A DNA stretch of 56,364 bases, taken from NCBI RefSeq assembly GCF_001194135.2, contig NC_068981.1, positions 183,014,536-183,070,899 of the forward strand, read 5' to 3'. Shown piece by piece: positions 24,834-37,080 of this stretch (position 1 is its first letter; each line of letters starts with the position of its first letter). The notes below the pieces were generated by a model. That model had not been told where the DNA came from, made no database searches, and saw only the letters and a program-made list of their open reading frames with translations. The position numbers were made by a program, and so were the translations under genes. The stretch comes from Octopus bimaculoides (lineage: Eukaryota).

Positions 24834-24944
24834 TATTAATATTTAGCAGAAGTAACAGAGTGACTCAAGGTCCGAGAGTTTCGTGATGAGTGCTAACGCA
24901 TGAAACTGCCAGGTCGTGAGTCACTCTGACACTTCTACTAAATA

Positions 24945-24950
<6 letters not shown>
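24834..24950. other. 117-bp fold-back palindrome (MITE-like or pre-miRNA-like hairpin)
   Basis: tattaatatttagcagaagtaacagagtgactca..gtttcgtg / catgaaac..tgagtcactctgacacttctactaaatactaata; arms in exact register; starts and ends in TA. Confidence 0.8.
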
Positions 24951-25020
<70 letters not shown>

Positions 25021-25023
25021 TAT

Positions 25024-25069
<46 letters not shown>

Positions 25070-25087
25070 ATATATATATATATGAGA

Positions 25088-25497
25088 CGCGGGAGTGGCT
25101 GTGTGGTAAGTAGCTAGCTTACCAGCCATATAGTTCCAGGTTCAGTCCCACTGCGTGACACCTTGGGCAAGTGTCTTCTACTATAGCCCCGGGCCGACCA
25201 AAGCCTTGTGAGTGAATTTGGTAAACGGAAACTGAAAGAAGCTCATCGTATATATGTATATATATATAAGTGCATGTATGTGTATATGTTTGTGTGTCTG
25301 TGTCCCCCCCCTCTACAACATCACTTGACAACCGATGCTGATGTGTTTACGTCCACGTTACCTAGCGGTTCGGCAAATAAGACCGATAGAATAAGTAGTG
25401 GGCTTACAAAGAATAAGTCCTGAGGTCGATTTCTTCGACTAAAGGCAGTGCTCCAGCATGGGCGCAGTCAGATGACTGAAACAAGTAAAAGAGAAAA
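25088..25497 (+). mobile_element. Full-length SINE group A
   Basis: gcgggagtggctgtgtggtaag..ggttcagtccc..caccttgggcaagtgtctt..microsatellite..gactgaaacaagtaaaagagaaaaga. Confidence 0.93.
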
Positions 25498-25499
25498 GA

Positions 25500-25622
<123 letters not shown>

Positions 25623-26254
25623 GTGCTTAGAAACACGTATTTATTCATTCAAATGGCCAACTTAGGGGATTATATACATGTGTATATTCTCAAATGCAAA
25701 CACTTATACAGGAAACGCATGCATGCAAAGCCACGTACACAAAACTAACACGTGTGCACGCGCAAGCACTCACACACACACTCACAGCTCTACGCGTACT
25801 ACAGATGCACACAAACACCGTTTAAGCCACTTACGCACTAACATTACAGATATATATTATTGTCGCGTAATGCATACATTTAACACACACATATACTCAA
25901 ACACACACACGCATACATACACACACATACGCAAACACACATGCCCGCGCAACACTCTCTCGAACCTACAAGAAAGCTTTGTGGTGGTCATTCGATATAC
26001 TAAAATAGCAGCGAAAACTTCCTCATATCAGACTCTAGATGCTTAAGGAAAAGAAAAAGGAAGAACACGTTGGGTAATGAGACGAGATACAGTGTGACTG
26101 ACCATGAAAAAAAGGGCTAAAATGAGGCTAAATAATAATAACAGCAACAACAATAATAAATACAACTGAGCGAACTAGAGTCGACATCATGCTCGCTTGA
26201 TCTGCTAGAAATAATAGCAAAATTTTCATTGATTTATTCTACATTAAAAAAAAG

Positions 26255-26500
26255 TGGAATCGCGTGGCTTAGTGGTTAGGGGTGTCAGCATCATGATCGT
26301 AAGATTGTGGTTTCGATTCCTGGACCGGGCCACGCGTTGTGTTCTTGATCAGAACACTTCATTTCATGTTGCTCCAGTCCACTTAACTGGTAAAAATGAG
26401 TAACGTGGCGATGGACATACGATGGACATACGCCATTGAAACCGGGAAACCGGGCCCATGAACCTGGCTAGGCTTTAAAAAGGCGCATTTATTTTTTTTA
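26255..26500 (+). mobile_element. SINE group C (alternative tail) with TSD
   Basis: tggcttagtgg A-box, gtttcgattcc B-box; about 14-bp TSD tacattaaaaaaa(a)g at 26240-26254 and 26501-26514. Confidence 0.85.
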
Positions 26501-26514
26501 TACATTAAAAAAAG

Positions 26515-26735
26515 GGTGAAGTCGCATAGCCTGGTGGTTAGGGGTATTGTGCTCACGTTCGTAAGATCGTGGTTTCAGTTTCTGGACAGGGCGATGCGTT
26601 GTATCCTTGAGTAAAAAATTTCATTTCACGTTGTTCCAGTCCACTCAGCTGTAAACGAGTGACCCTGTGATAGACTTATACGTCATAGAAACCGGGTTAC
26701 CGGATCTTTGAGGTCTTAGGCTCGAGGCAGTACTT
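26515..26735 (+). mobile_element. SINE group C (alternative tail)
   Basis: tagcctggtggttagg..gtttcagtttctggac..gttgttccagtccactcagctgtaaacgagt..agaaaccggg. Confidence 0.75.
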
Positions 26736-26959
26736 CACTAATTTTACTTTTTTTCTTCTTTTTTACCATAAAAAGGCGAGTAAATGATATCCAAATTTAC
26801 GTTGGATAAGCAATTTCTGAAAAATAGGCGGGTTAATCATGGCGGGAACGCTTTTGATCATAAGTTTCTCCAAACCCTCTAACTTGGGGCTGAAACATAA
26901 CAGGCATTTTTCTTCTTTTATAGCAATGCTATTTTTCAAAAGAGCCTGAGTATGTGGGC

Positions 26960-27150
26960 GGTCGACTTGTTTGAACTTGTGCCCAAATCTCCCTCAGATC
27001 ACACTACACCCCATCGTCTAAGAGAAGGACATGTTAAATTATAATCTGGTGCAGATTCTCTGCACATAGAGAAAAAAAGAAAGATTGTCACGACTGGAAT
27101 ACTATTGATCATAGGTTTGCTTGATCAAGGTTTACCTGGGGCCAATATTC
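26960..27150 (+). mobile_element. SINE-like repeat, group D
   Basis: ccaaatctccctca..gtcacgactggaat..ttgatcataggt..ttgatcaagg..acctgggg; related segments at about 34030-34200, 34960-35070, 42280-42380 and 55418-55620. Confidence 0.6.
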
Positions 27151-27208
27151 AAAATAAGAAGACATGCTACAAATATACAACCTTTTTAAAATTAAACATT
27201 GTATGGGC

Positions 27209-27493
27209 CAGTGGTTCTCAGTCGAAGTCTATATGACCCTCGGGGTGGGATGGGGGAGGGTCCATATAGCCCTTGGGGGTCCATATAAGAATTTGTTGTT
27301 AAAATTTATCTGCAATAAATTAATTATACTTCTACAATACATAAAATATTTTAATTTATTTAATACAATTCCTAATGATATTTAATTATAAAAATATGAC
27401 AGGATTTTTTAAACATCGGATGGCTAGGGGGGTCCAGCAAAGTAAAATAGGAATCAAAGGGGTCCATAGGTTAAAAATGGTTGAGTAACACTG
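27209..27493. mobile_element. hAT (Charlie-like) MITE
   Basis: TIRs cagtggttctca / ttgagtaacactg; degenerate 8-bp TSD gtatgggc / gtatagat. Confidence 0.8.
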
Positions 27494-27509
27494 GTATAGA
27501 TGTTAATTA

Positions 27510-27730
27510 CAGTAGCCCCTCGCCATATCACGGTTCACTTATCGCGGTTTATTATTTAAGCTTAAGTCGATTCGTCCGTGGTATTGTTCTGCATTTATAA
27601 CAAAATAAATATATGCAAATTATAAAAATAAAAAATATATATACAGTACAGTACTGTTTCTACTTTGCGAATTTTCACCTATCATGGGGGGTTTTGGAAC
27701 GTAACAGTCGCGATAGTCGAGGGATTACTG
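27510..27730. mobile_element. pogo/Tigger-like MITE
   Basis: ta+cagtagcccctcgccatatc ... gatagtcgagggattactg+ta; reverse complement of 5444-5707. Confidence 0.88.
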
Positions 27731-28492
27731 TATAAGGTATTAAGGCTTGGATAATCAATGTTTAAATTTAATATGCACGTATAAAAATATCAGGGCTCAG
27801 AGTGTTTCTTAATGCACCTGTATATCTGTATAAGTTTTTAACACACCTGTACAACTTCATGATACACTTGTAATCTTTCGCAACAAGCTTGTTTAATTTC
27901 GTAACATACCTGTATGATTTGATGACATACCTGTGTTATTCACACATTGGTATAATTTTTTGACACAATAAAGGAGAGGAACCCTTTACTAGTGAACGAG
28001 CTGCTTTCGTGTTCACACTGGAAACGACGTACAAACGAAATCCCTCAAAAGAAGTCGTGAATGGCAACGAAAGGATTTTGACAAATTTAACTGATTGATT
28101 GACAGACCGAACGATTAATTTAACAATCGATGAGTTCATTCGTTAAGTGGATAATCAACTGACAAATAAAAATAAACCAGTGCGTGTATGTGTGTGTTTA
28201 TTGTTGGCATAATGACCATTCCGAGATTTAAAGAAATCTGTTTCAACACACGAGTTCACCTCAAGAATTTCGCATATCAAGAATTTCTCAGTGCAAATAT
28301 ACCCCTAAGGGTTCTTATGTACTTGCATTCCGCTCCCTGATACTAAAATGCTTCCTTATATCTTATAAAGTAATGTGATACGTATGTCGGAAGAAGTGTT
28401 CCACAGAGACTACTGTCGCACTCAAGGCCTCCAAAAGAAAGCTTTCGAGAACCGCCAGGAGGAGTGGCTCATGAAATTCAAGAGGGCTACTC

Positions 28493-28887
28493 TTTACTTG
28501 TTTCAGTCATTTGACTGTGGCCATGCTGGAACACCGCCTCTTGTTGAGTAAATCGACCCCAGGACTTATTCTTTGGATGCCTAGTACTTATTCTATCGGT
28601 CTTATTTGCCGAACCGCTAAGTTACGGGGATGTAAACACACCACCATCGGTTGTCAAGCGATGTTGGGAGGACAAACACAGACACACACACACACATATA
28701 TATACATATATATATACATATATACGACAGGCTTCTTTCAGTTTCCGTCTACCAAATCCACTCAGAGGCTTTGGTCGGCCCGAGGCTATAGTAGAATACA
28801 CTTGCCCAAGGTGCCACGCAGTGGGAATGAACCCGGAACCATGTGGTTGGTAAGCAAGCTACTTACCACACAGCCACTCCTGCGCCT
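28493..28887 (-). mobile_element. Full-length SINE group A
   Basis: Near-identical structure to 3612-4038. Confidence 0.93.
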
Positions 28888-28904
28888 GTGAGGGTTTTTT
28901 TTCT

Positions 28905-29305
28905 GTACTTGTTTCAGTCTTGGGGCTGCGGCCATGCAAGGACACTGCCTTGAAGGGTTTAGTCATGCAAGGACACTGCCTTGAAGGGTTTAGTCATGCA
29001 AGGACACTGCCTTGAAGGGTTTAGTCAAACAAATCGACACCAATACAAATGTTTAAGTCAGGTACTGCCGAAGTTACCGAGACAAAAACAAATCAACACA
29101 AGTTGTCAAGAGATGGTGCGTGGCAAACACATACACGCACGCACGCACACGTACACATACATGTATAGGACGAGCTTTCACACACTTTCCGTCTATCTAA
29201 ATTCACCGACAAGGCATTTGTTGGTCTGGGGTTATAGTAGAAGACACTGCCACTGCTCAAGCTACTGTGCAGTAGAATTGAACCCGAAACCACGCGATTC
29301 TAAAG
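28905..29305 (-). mobile_element. Diverged SINE group A with 31-bp unit repeated three times (28933-29025)
   Basis: catgcaaggacactgccttgaagggtttagt starts at 28933, 28964 and 28995. Confidence 0.8.
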
Positions 29306-29534
29306 CAAATTCTCTTTTTTGTTTTTTTATCAGGAGGTTGGGCTAGAGGATCCTTCCATACTTTCTGAGATCCTCCCTGGATCCCTGTCCGAAATACTCT
29401 CTCTTAGATCCCGCCCTGATTGGTCATACACGGTCTATTCTTAACATTTCTCTCTTTTTTTTTTTTTTGCACCTCACCAAGGTAGCAACGAAGTAGCGAA
29501 ATAGTCAGGAAATCCTCTAAGAAAATACAAAATA

Positions 29535-29762
29535 TTGGGTTGTCCGGAAAGTTCGTGCCGATTTATAGTAGCTTACCTTTCGACTTATTTGCCATGAAAC
29601 CACCTCAATTCTGGGAAGAGGGTATTTTCAAGTTAAAGGAAAGATGGAGATGCATTGTGCAACAAAATGGTTCATATTTGGTTGATTAAAAATGTAATGG
29701 CAAGTATTTATTGACCTTTTTCTTTCCTTTAAAAATCGGCCCGAACTTTCCGGACAACCCAA
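29535..29762. mobile_element. mariner-derived MITE
   Basis: About 30-bp TIRs ttgggttgtccggaaagttcgtgccgattt / aaatcggcccgaactttccggacaacccaa, flanked by TA on both sides. Confidence 0.92.
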
Positions 29763-30039
29763 TAATTGCAAACACCAACGCCATATAGTAATAATCAACG
29801 ACCAATCTATTAATTAGCAATGTTTTAATTGTCAATGTGATAATTGTCCTAAATGTAGTAATTACAAGATTTACAGAGATGAATGTGAAAGTTGTCAGAG
29901 AAGTAATCACTCGGCGAACAACGGCACACGATTCGGTTTCAAATCTCAACTAAAGAAAATAGTATCTATGCTTCTTATTCGTGGACTTCTGAAAAGCATA
30001 AACATGATAATAATATCTTATTGACTACTACAATCTAAA

Positions 30040-30500
30040 TTGTGGTTCTCAACCGGGGTCCATGTGAGATTTTGTTGTCAAAGTGTATGGACAATAAATT
30101 GCTCATACTTCTACAACACATAAAAATATATTAATTTTTTAATACAATCCCTAATAATACAAGGGTACAAAAGTAGGTATACAGTAAGTATCGCATCAAT
30201 GTTATAATACTTAATTCATTAAAATTATTTGCATATTAAATTAGTTGGTCTCAATTTTGAAATTTTTAGTGTCGTTAATCATAATACATTTATCATAAAT
30301 TTTAATTTTTTTTAATAAAAATGAGTATTGTACGTGTTTTCTTTTTTCATAGCTGTATACCTACTTTTGCAACACGTTCCATTTAATTATAAGAATACAA
30401 TAGGATTCTTTTAAATAGTAAACAACTATGGGGATTCAGTAGAGTAAAACAGGATTCCAAAAGATCCATAGCTAAAAAAGAAATGGCTGAAAACCACTGA
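30040..30500. mobile_element. hAT MITE, same family as 27209-27493, with internal extra sequence
   Basis: tgtggttctcaaccggggtccat..; ends aaatggctgaaaaccactg. Confidence 0.65.
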
Positions 30501-30577
30501 TCTAAAACAAAAAGTATTCCTGTCTGGGTACCAGAAATCAATACAATGTTTGTACTGAAATATATGTATATTGTTAG

Positions 30578-31085
30578 AGAGGTAAGCATAGCTGTGCGGT
30601 TAAGAAACTTGCTTCGTAACCACGTGGTTTTGGGTTCAGACCTATTGTGCGAACCTTGGACAAGTGTCTGCCATTATAGTTCAGGGGTTGATCAATGCAT
30701 TGTGAGTAAAACTATGGAGACGCTCGCCATAATATATGAGTGGCTGTGTGGTAAGAAACTTTCTTCCAACCACATGGTTCCGGGTTCAGTTCCACTGCGT
30801 GGCACCTTGGGCAAGTGTCTTCTACTATAGCCTCGGGCCGACCAAGGCCTTGTGAGTGGATTCGGTAGATATTTGTATACATCTATGCGTGTGTGTGCCT
30901 TTGTGTCTGTGTTTGTCTATCACTGGTTGGAAACTGGCGTTTGTGTAACTTTGCGGTTCGGCAAAAGGAACCGATAGAATAAGTAATAGGTTTTAAAAAG
31001 CCCTGGAGTCGATTTGTTCGACTAAAACACTTTAGGGCGGTGCTCCAGCATAGCCGTAGTCAAATGACTGAAACAAATAAAAGAA
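30578..31085 (+). mobile_element. SINE group A preceded by a second partial head
   Basis: Two successive heads (about 30578 and 30735) then body and tail aaatgactgaaacaaataaaagaat. Confidence 0.85.
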
Positions 31086-31087
31086 TG

Positions 31088-31123
<36 letters not shown>

Positions 31124-31424
31124 CTTGATGCATAATTATTGCAGCTTTCTTCAACAAATTTTATTCAACAAAAACATCTTTAAATGATTATTCCGGAGCA
31201 TGTTCACCATCTACTTCAATTACTGCTTGGCAGATGGTCAGACCGTCATTTAAAGATGTTTTTGTTAAATATTGTTATTACACATACATACATACATACA
31301 TACATACATACATACATACATGTGCGTGTGTACGTATATATGTGTATATATACATATATTTTTATATATATACACGTGTGTATATATAATATATGTACGT
31401 ACACACACATGTATGTATGTATGT

Positions 31425-31665
31425 ATGTATGTATGCATATGTATGTTGACTTTGTATTTGTTCTACATCATCGCTTGACAACAGGTGCTGGTGTGTTTAC
31501 GTCTCCATAACAACGATTCGGCGAAAGAGACATATAGAATACGATCCAGACTTTAAAAAATAATAATTACTGGAGTCAATTTGCTCGACTAAACACTTCA
31601 AAGCGGTGCCTCAGCATGGCCACCGTCCAATGACCGAAAGAAGTTAAAGATAAAAGAAAAAGAAA
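31425..31665 (+). mobile_element. SINE group A 3' half
   Basis: catcgcttgacaacaggtgctggtgtgtttacgtc..gcggtgcctcagcatggccaccgtc. Confidence 0.75.
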
Positions 31666-31884
31666 AATACTAGCACGACAGAATTGCAATCTGGTTTCTA
31701 TTTTCGAAGGACGAGATTAAAATTAATGGATTTTTTTGTATAACAGTCCTTCGAAGTTACATACCTCATGGGAAAAGGAGAATGCTTTTATCGCCTTGTT
31801 TTTTTCTTCTTCTTCTTTTTAGTGGGACTGCACTCGAAACCATGTTATTGCCAAGTGAGCTTCTTAGCCACACCTGTACATATC

Positions 31885-32312
31885 TTTTCTACTATAGGTA
31901 CAAGGCCTGAAATTTGGGAGAGGAAATAGTCGATTACATCGACCCCAGTACTCAACTGGTACTTAATTTATCGACGCCCGAAAGGATAAAAGGTAAAGTC
32001 GGCCGCAGCGGAATTTGAACTCAGAACATAGCGACGGGCGAAATACCACTCAGCATTTCTTCCAGCGTGTCAACATTTCTTATTTCTTTACTGCCCACAA
32101 GAAGCTATACACAGAGGGGACAAACAAGGACAGACAAACTGATTAAGTCGATTATATCGACCCCAGTGCGTAACTGGTACTTATTTAATCGACCCCGAAA
32201 GGATGAAATGCAAAGTCGACCTCGGCAGAATTTGAACTCAGAACGTAGCGGCAGACGAAATACCGCTAAGCGCTTTGCTCGGCGTGCTAACGTTTCTGCC
32301 AGCTCACCGCCT
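31885..32312 (-). mobile_element. Two SINE group B copies (31885-32050, 32135-32312)
   Basis: Both carry gtcgatta..tcgaccccagt..aactggtactt..gaatttgaactcagaac. Confidence 0.85.
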
Positions 32313-32454
32313 TGTTACAGATGTACATATGTAATGGAAAAGCTTTTGAAATTTGGATTTTTTGTTTTAAATTATTGCTTATTTTTTAGATTCGATTCTA
32401 GTCAGAAACAATGTAATTTCATTAACCTGAATACAGAACCTTTGTACAGAATTA

Positions 32455-32745
32455 AAACGAGATAAGTGTTTAAGAAGTTCGCTTTGCAACCACGTAGATT
32501 AAGGTTCGGTCCCACTGTGCAGCACCTTGGGCAAGTGTCTTCATCTATAGCCTCAGGCTGACAAGTACCTCGGGAGTGAATTTGATTTAGCTGACGGAGA
32601 CTGTATGGAAGCCCTTCGTACATATGTATCTGTGTCTGTGTGTTTGTGTTTATCACTCCGCCCACTGTTTGGCAACCGGTTTGGTTTGTTTACATCCCCG
32701 TAACATAGCGGTTTGGCAAAATGGACCGATAGAACACAAACCAGA
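32455..32745 (+). mobile_element. Diverged SINE group A
   Basis: ggttcggtcccactgtgcagcaccttgggcaagtgtctt..gtttacatccccgtaacatagcggtttggcaaaa. Confidence 0.8.
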
Positions 32746-32799
32746 TGTTCGAGCTTTTTTTATATTTCTCTTTTTTTTTCAGAAACAGCTTTGATATAT

Positions 32800-33010
32800 T
32801 TTTTTCTACTCTAGGCACAAGGCCCGACATTTTTGGAGAGGGGGGTGGTCAGTCGATTAGATCGACTCCAGTACGCAACTGATACTTAATTTATCAACCC
32901 CGAAAGAATGAAAGGCAAAGTCGACCTCGGCGGAATTTGAACTCAGAGTGTAAAGACAGACGAAATACCGTAAAGACAGACGAATAACGATTCTGCAAGC
33001 TCGTCGCCTT
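32800..33010 (-). mobile_element. SINE group B
   Basis: Group-B motifs; internal 20-bp duplication gtaaagacagacgaaatacc. Confidence 0.85.
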
Positions 33011-33039
33011 ATATATCTTTGATATATTAGTGAACAGTC

Positions 33040-33755
33040 AATGTCGGAGAGCGTAACGATTAAAGATTGAGAAGGCGTTAGCTGGTATGGAGGATTGGAA
33101 GCCGTCTGAATACCGGAAAAGAGTTACCTGTATCATGATGATTCTCCCAGGTATCAAAGTGCCGGCATCATAGCTGCTGTTCAATGCTTTGTAAATATTC
33201 TAAAGGCTGTAAGACATGACATGGACACAGTGGCAGCTAAGTTCCCCCAAACTGTAATGGTCTTAGACGTCATGCCGCCCCGCATCTTTGAACAGGGTGT
33301 TAGGCTCAATTCAGGCTGTGAAACTGCTGGAGACTATGGTCAAACCCTGGCTCGAGAGGTTTGCTGCTGGAAGGCCGTATGTGTGACAGCAGGCTTCGAC
33401 TCGTTGCCATACCTCCGGTCGGAGGATTTCTGCGTTTTTACCAGCCCCAATTTCTGGACTCCTAATTCCCTGATTGCAATTCTATTGATTACAATTTATG
33501 AGGCGCGGTTGAGAAAGACACCAACAACTCTACTGTAACACCAAGGCCGACATGGCAACCAAAATCTTCTTAAGTCTCTGGAGCTGTCCTGGGGCCGTGG
33601 TGGAAGCTGAGGGTGGCTACTTTGATTGAATTTTTATCTCCCAGTCATAATCTAGTTGATATTGTTTGATTTTTTTAAATACTTTAATTTGTATATGATA
33701 TTGTACTTTTTTCCCTTTTATGCAAACTGTCAAATTTAACCCGAACATGCTGTGA
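33040..33755 (+). mobile_element. Tc1-like transposase relic (catalytic domain)
   Basis: KFPQTVMVL-DVMPPRIFEQGVRLNS, frameshifted VKPWLERFAAGRPYV*QQASTRCHT (WQQDSAP motif), FTSPNFWTPNS, and VVEAEGGYFD*. Confidence 0.85.
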
Positions 33756-34224
33756 ATATTGAGGTTTATTTATTCAACTAAAACCCTTGAATTTGGTGTT
33801 CCAGCATGGCCGTAGTCGAATGACTGAAACAAGTAAAAAATAAAAGATCGATTTATTTTGCATCTGTTTTGGTTTCCAGTTGTAATTATTCAACCTTGTC
33901 ATGTCACTATAGCTCTAAGGGGAGGCATGAATATCACATAACCTCATTTTGCCAACTTTTATAGGAGTATATTGAGTTTAAGAAGAAACTAATTGTAGCT
34001 TCAGTCAGCGGCTGAACCACAACGTGGACGGTTCAAATTGCAAGAAATAGTAGCTTCCTCTAAAATCCTAGTGCCTAGGGTCTTAATGGGAAGAATGATA
34101 TGTTGTTCTATGTATGTCTTGCTATATAAAAAGACTGGATGGTCATGGTGAGAACACCTATTCTATCAAGACCACCCTGGGTTATTCAACAACAATGACA
34201 ACATATATCACAGATATATACATA

Positions 34225-34490
34225 AAGGCGCGTGGCTTAGTGGTGAGGGTTGTCGGCTCACGACTTCACGACCCAGTGGCGCATTGTGTCTCTTAAGCAA
34301 GAGACTTTATTTCACGATGCTGACAAAAATGAGCTGTACCTGCATTTCGAAGGGCCAGACTTGTCACATCCTGTGTCACTCTGAATCTTCCTGCGAACTA
34401 CGTTATGCGGAGTACTCAGCTACTTGCACGTTAATTTCTCGAGCAGGCTGTTCCATTGATCGGATCAACTGGAACACGTGGCAATATTTA
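34225..34490 (+). mobile_element. SINE group C (internally deleted)
   Basis: aggcgcgtggcttagtgg head; tail gaactacgtta..cacgttaatttctcgagcaggctgttcc..gatcggatcaactggaac. Confidence 0.8.
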
Positions 34491-34509
34491 ATGGTAAGTG
34501 AAGGATTGT

Positions 34510-34685
34510 ATATATTCACATAACCTTAATAATGATGATGATGATGACGACGACGACGGCGGCAGCGACGATGACAATAGTGATGACGATAATGATGACG
34601 ATTCTGAACATGGTTATGATGATGATGATGATAATGATGACGATTCTGACGATGGTTATGATGATGATGATGATAATGATGAAAC
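34510..34685. repeat. Degenerate (GAT/GAC)n repeat
   Basis: Source of the poly-Asp and poly-Met pseudo-ORFs. Confidence 0.9.
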
Positions 34686-35134
34686 TGATAGAAGGATGGA
34701 AATTAAGTTACGATCAGACCAGAAGCCTAATCCAAATGCTTACAATAGAGTGAACACCGCTAAAGCCAGGTTTCAAGTCTACAAGGGAATTAAAATAATA
34801 TGAAATGAAATTTCTTGCTCAAAAGAATGCAATGTATACGAATTAAATCTACGATCTAACGACTGTGAATCAAATACCTCAACTACTACGCATTGTGTTT
34901 TTATTTTCCTTTATATAACACAATGCATTCATAAGATATACCTCTCTCTGTTCACAGCGGTACTGGAGCCTTTACGTGGTAACCTGTTATGATAGAAATA
35001 ATAGTCAAGTCTATCACAAGTTACATTCTAAGAAGGCACGTCTTAGATAGTTTAATGTATATTATACCTGCAAATATAGATTGAATACTCGAGGCAAGAA
35101 TGCTTTTCATCATGAAATAATAACAGCAATAATA

Positions 35135-35518
35135 ACAACAACAATGTTGGCACTCCGTCGCTTACGACGACGAGGGTTCCAGTCGATCCGATCAATGGAA
35201 CAGCCTGCTCGTGAAATAAACGTGCAAGTGGCTGAGCACTCCACAGACACGTGTACCCTTAACGTAGTTCTCGGGGATATTCAGCGTGACACAGTGTGGC
35301 AAGGCTGACCCTTTGAATTACAGAAACAGGAAGTAAGAGTGAGAGAAAGTTGTGGTGGAAGAGTACAGCAGGGTTCGCCACCATCCCCTGTCGGAGACTC
35401 GTGGAGCTTTTAAATGTTTTCGCTCAATAAACACTCACAACGCCCGGTCTGGGAATCGAAACCGCGATCCTATGGCCGCGAGTCTACTGCCCTAACCACT
35501 GGGCCATTGCGCCTCCAC
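35135..35518 (-). mobile_element. Full-length SINE group C
   Basis: Reverse complement of the 1915-2284 type; TSD aacagcaataata (35122-35134) / aacagcaacaata (35519-35531). Confidence 0.92.
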
Positions 35519-36464
35519 AACAGCAACAATAGTATGAATATATAAACCAATATTAAAAAGACGAATTGTTTAACCCAAGGCGAAATCTGAGGAGATCTTG
35601 GGTCAAAGGCTTTCCAGTCAAGACCACCTCGTTTCAGAATGGTAGCAGCTGGTTAGTAAATCGTTTAAGAGTAGGTTGAAGTTTATCACAGATTTCGCTG
35701 CCATTCGTATGATGTTGAACGACCACATAAAGGCTCTGTCGTTGGCACCTAGCAATCCCGAATCTTCCCTTTGAGCGCAATAAACCAAGATTATATAACG
35801 GGCATTAACAGTTTTATGCATTCACTTTTGAAATAACGCTAAGTGAAAGTTAAGTTATTAGTGATTACGTAGCAATCTTATAGTATTAATTGAATGAATA
35901 TTTTCATCAACCAACCAAATTTCGATGTACTGTGAACTATTCATATCTTCATGTATTTTCGAATATTTCAACTCATTTATTGCATCGTTGCTACACTTTA
36001 TCAATCGTTTGAATAACGAGTAATGTGAAACACACTTTCGATTCAATAAGCTTCAGATTCTTTAAAGTAATACAAATTCTGCTTTGGATATTGAATAATT
36101 TTCCCCCTTTTTGTAAACTCAATCAAACCAAGATTCGTGATCTAAGGACATTGTAGGTACACAGCAACGTATGTTTCAATAGGCAACTAGCTTGGTGGCT
36201 CTTATCGCTTCTTCCAGAATGGTTGGCCTTTGGTTTCTCTTTGAGAAGCTCTTCCGCCCTTTGACAAGCCTTATTTTAAATACTTCTGGGGGATCACACC
36301 CCACCTTCACTCAGTAAAATGTGAAGTGTGCTGCCTAGTCGCTGATCAATAGACTGTGAGATAAGTTGTAACTGATCACATAGAACCAGCAGTAGCCGGC
36401 AGAACATGATCTGACACTAACGTTCACCAAACGCTCCTTCTGTTTGTCTGTCTGTCCGTCTGAC

Positions 36465-36527
<63 letters not shown>

Positions 36528-36689
36528 TCCTCTCTCTCTTTCTCTCTCTCTCTCTCGTCTCTCTCACACACACACACATATATGTAATATATACATGTAT
36601 ATGTTGTTAAACTGCAGCCATGCTGGGGTAGCACCTTGAAGTTTTTAGTCGAATAAATCGTCCCTAGTACTTACGAGACCCATACCAGT

Positions 36690-36890
36690 CTCCTCTCATG
36701 ACTACCGATGTTATCTGAGGGAAAGACTAAGGCCGATACGGCTTGGCACCAGTGACGTCACAACTCATTTCTACATCTGAGTGAACTGGAGCAATGTGAA
36801 AAATAAAGTGTCTTGCTCAAGAACACAACACACAGCCCAGTCCGGGAATCGAACGGTCTAACCACTGAGCTATGCGCCTTCACACACAAA
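36690..36890 (-). mobile_element. SINE group C, alternative tail
   Basis: aaagtgtcttgctcaagaacacaac..gggaatcgaac..taaccactgagctatgcgcct; tail shared with 51205-51545. Confidence 0.75.
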
Positions 36891-37080
36891 CACAAACACA
36901 CACACTCACACACAAACACAACACATACACTCACACACACGCATACACACACGCATACACACACGCATACACACACGCATACACACAAGCATACATACAT
37001 ATATACATACATACATACATGCATACATGCATACATACATACATACATACATACATACGTACATACATACATACACACTG
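36890..37080. repeat. (CA)n/(CATA)n with 14-bp tandem cacacacgcataca
   Basis: Direct observation. Confidence 0.9.

Noticed and set aside
24882-24929. C/D snoRNA (GTGATGA..CTGA) or SECIS
   Set aside because: Only about 45 nt between boxes, no terminal stem, and the boxes sit inside a longer palindrome.
34498-34803. Acidic poly-Asp ORF
   Set aside because: Translation of a degenerate (GAT)n repeat; no splice or domain support.
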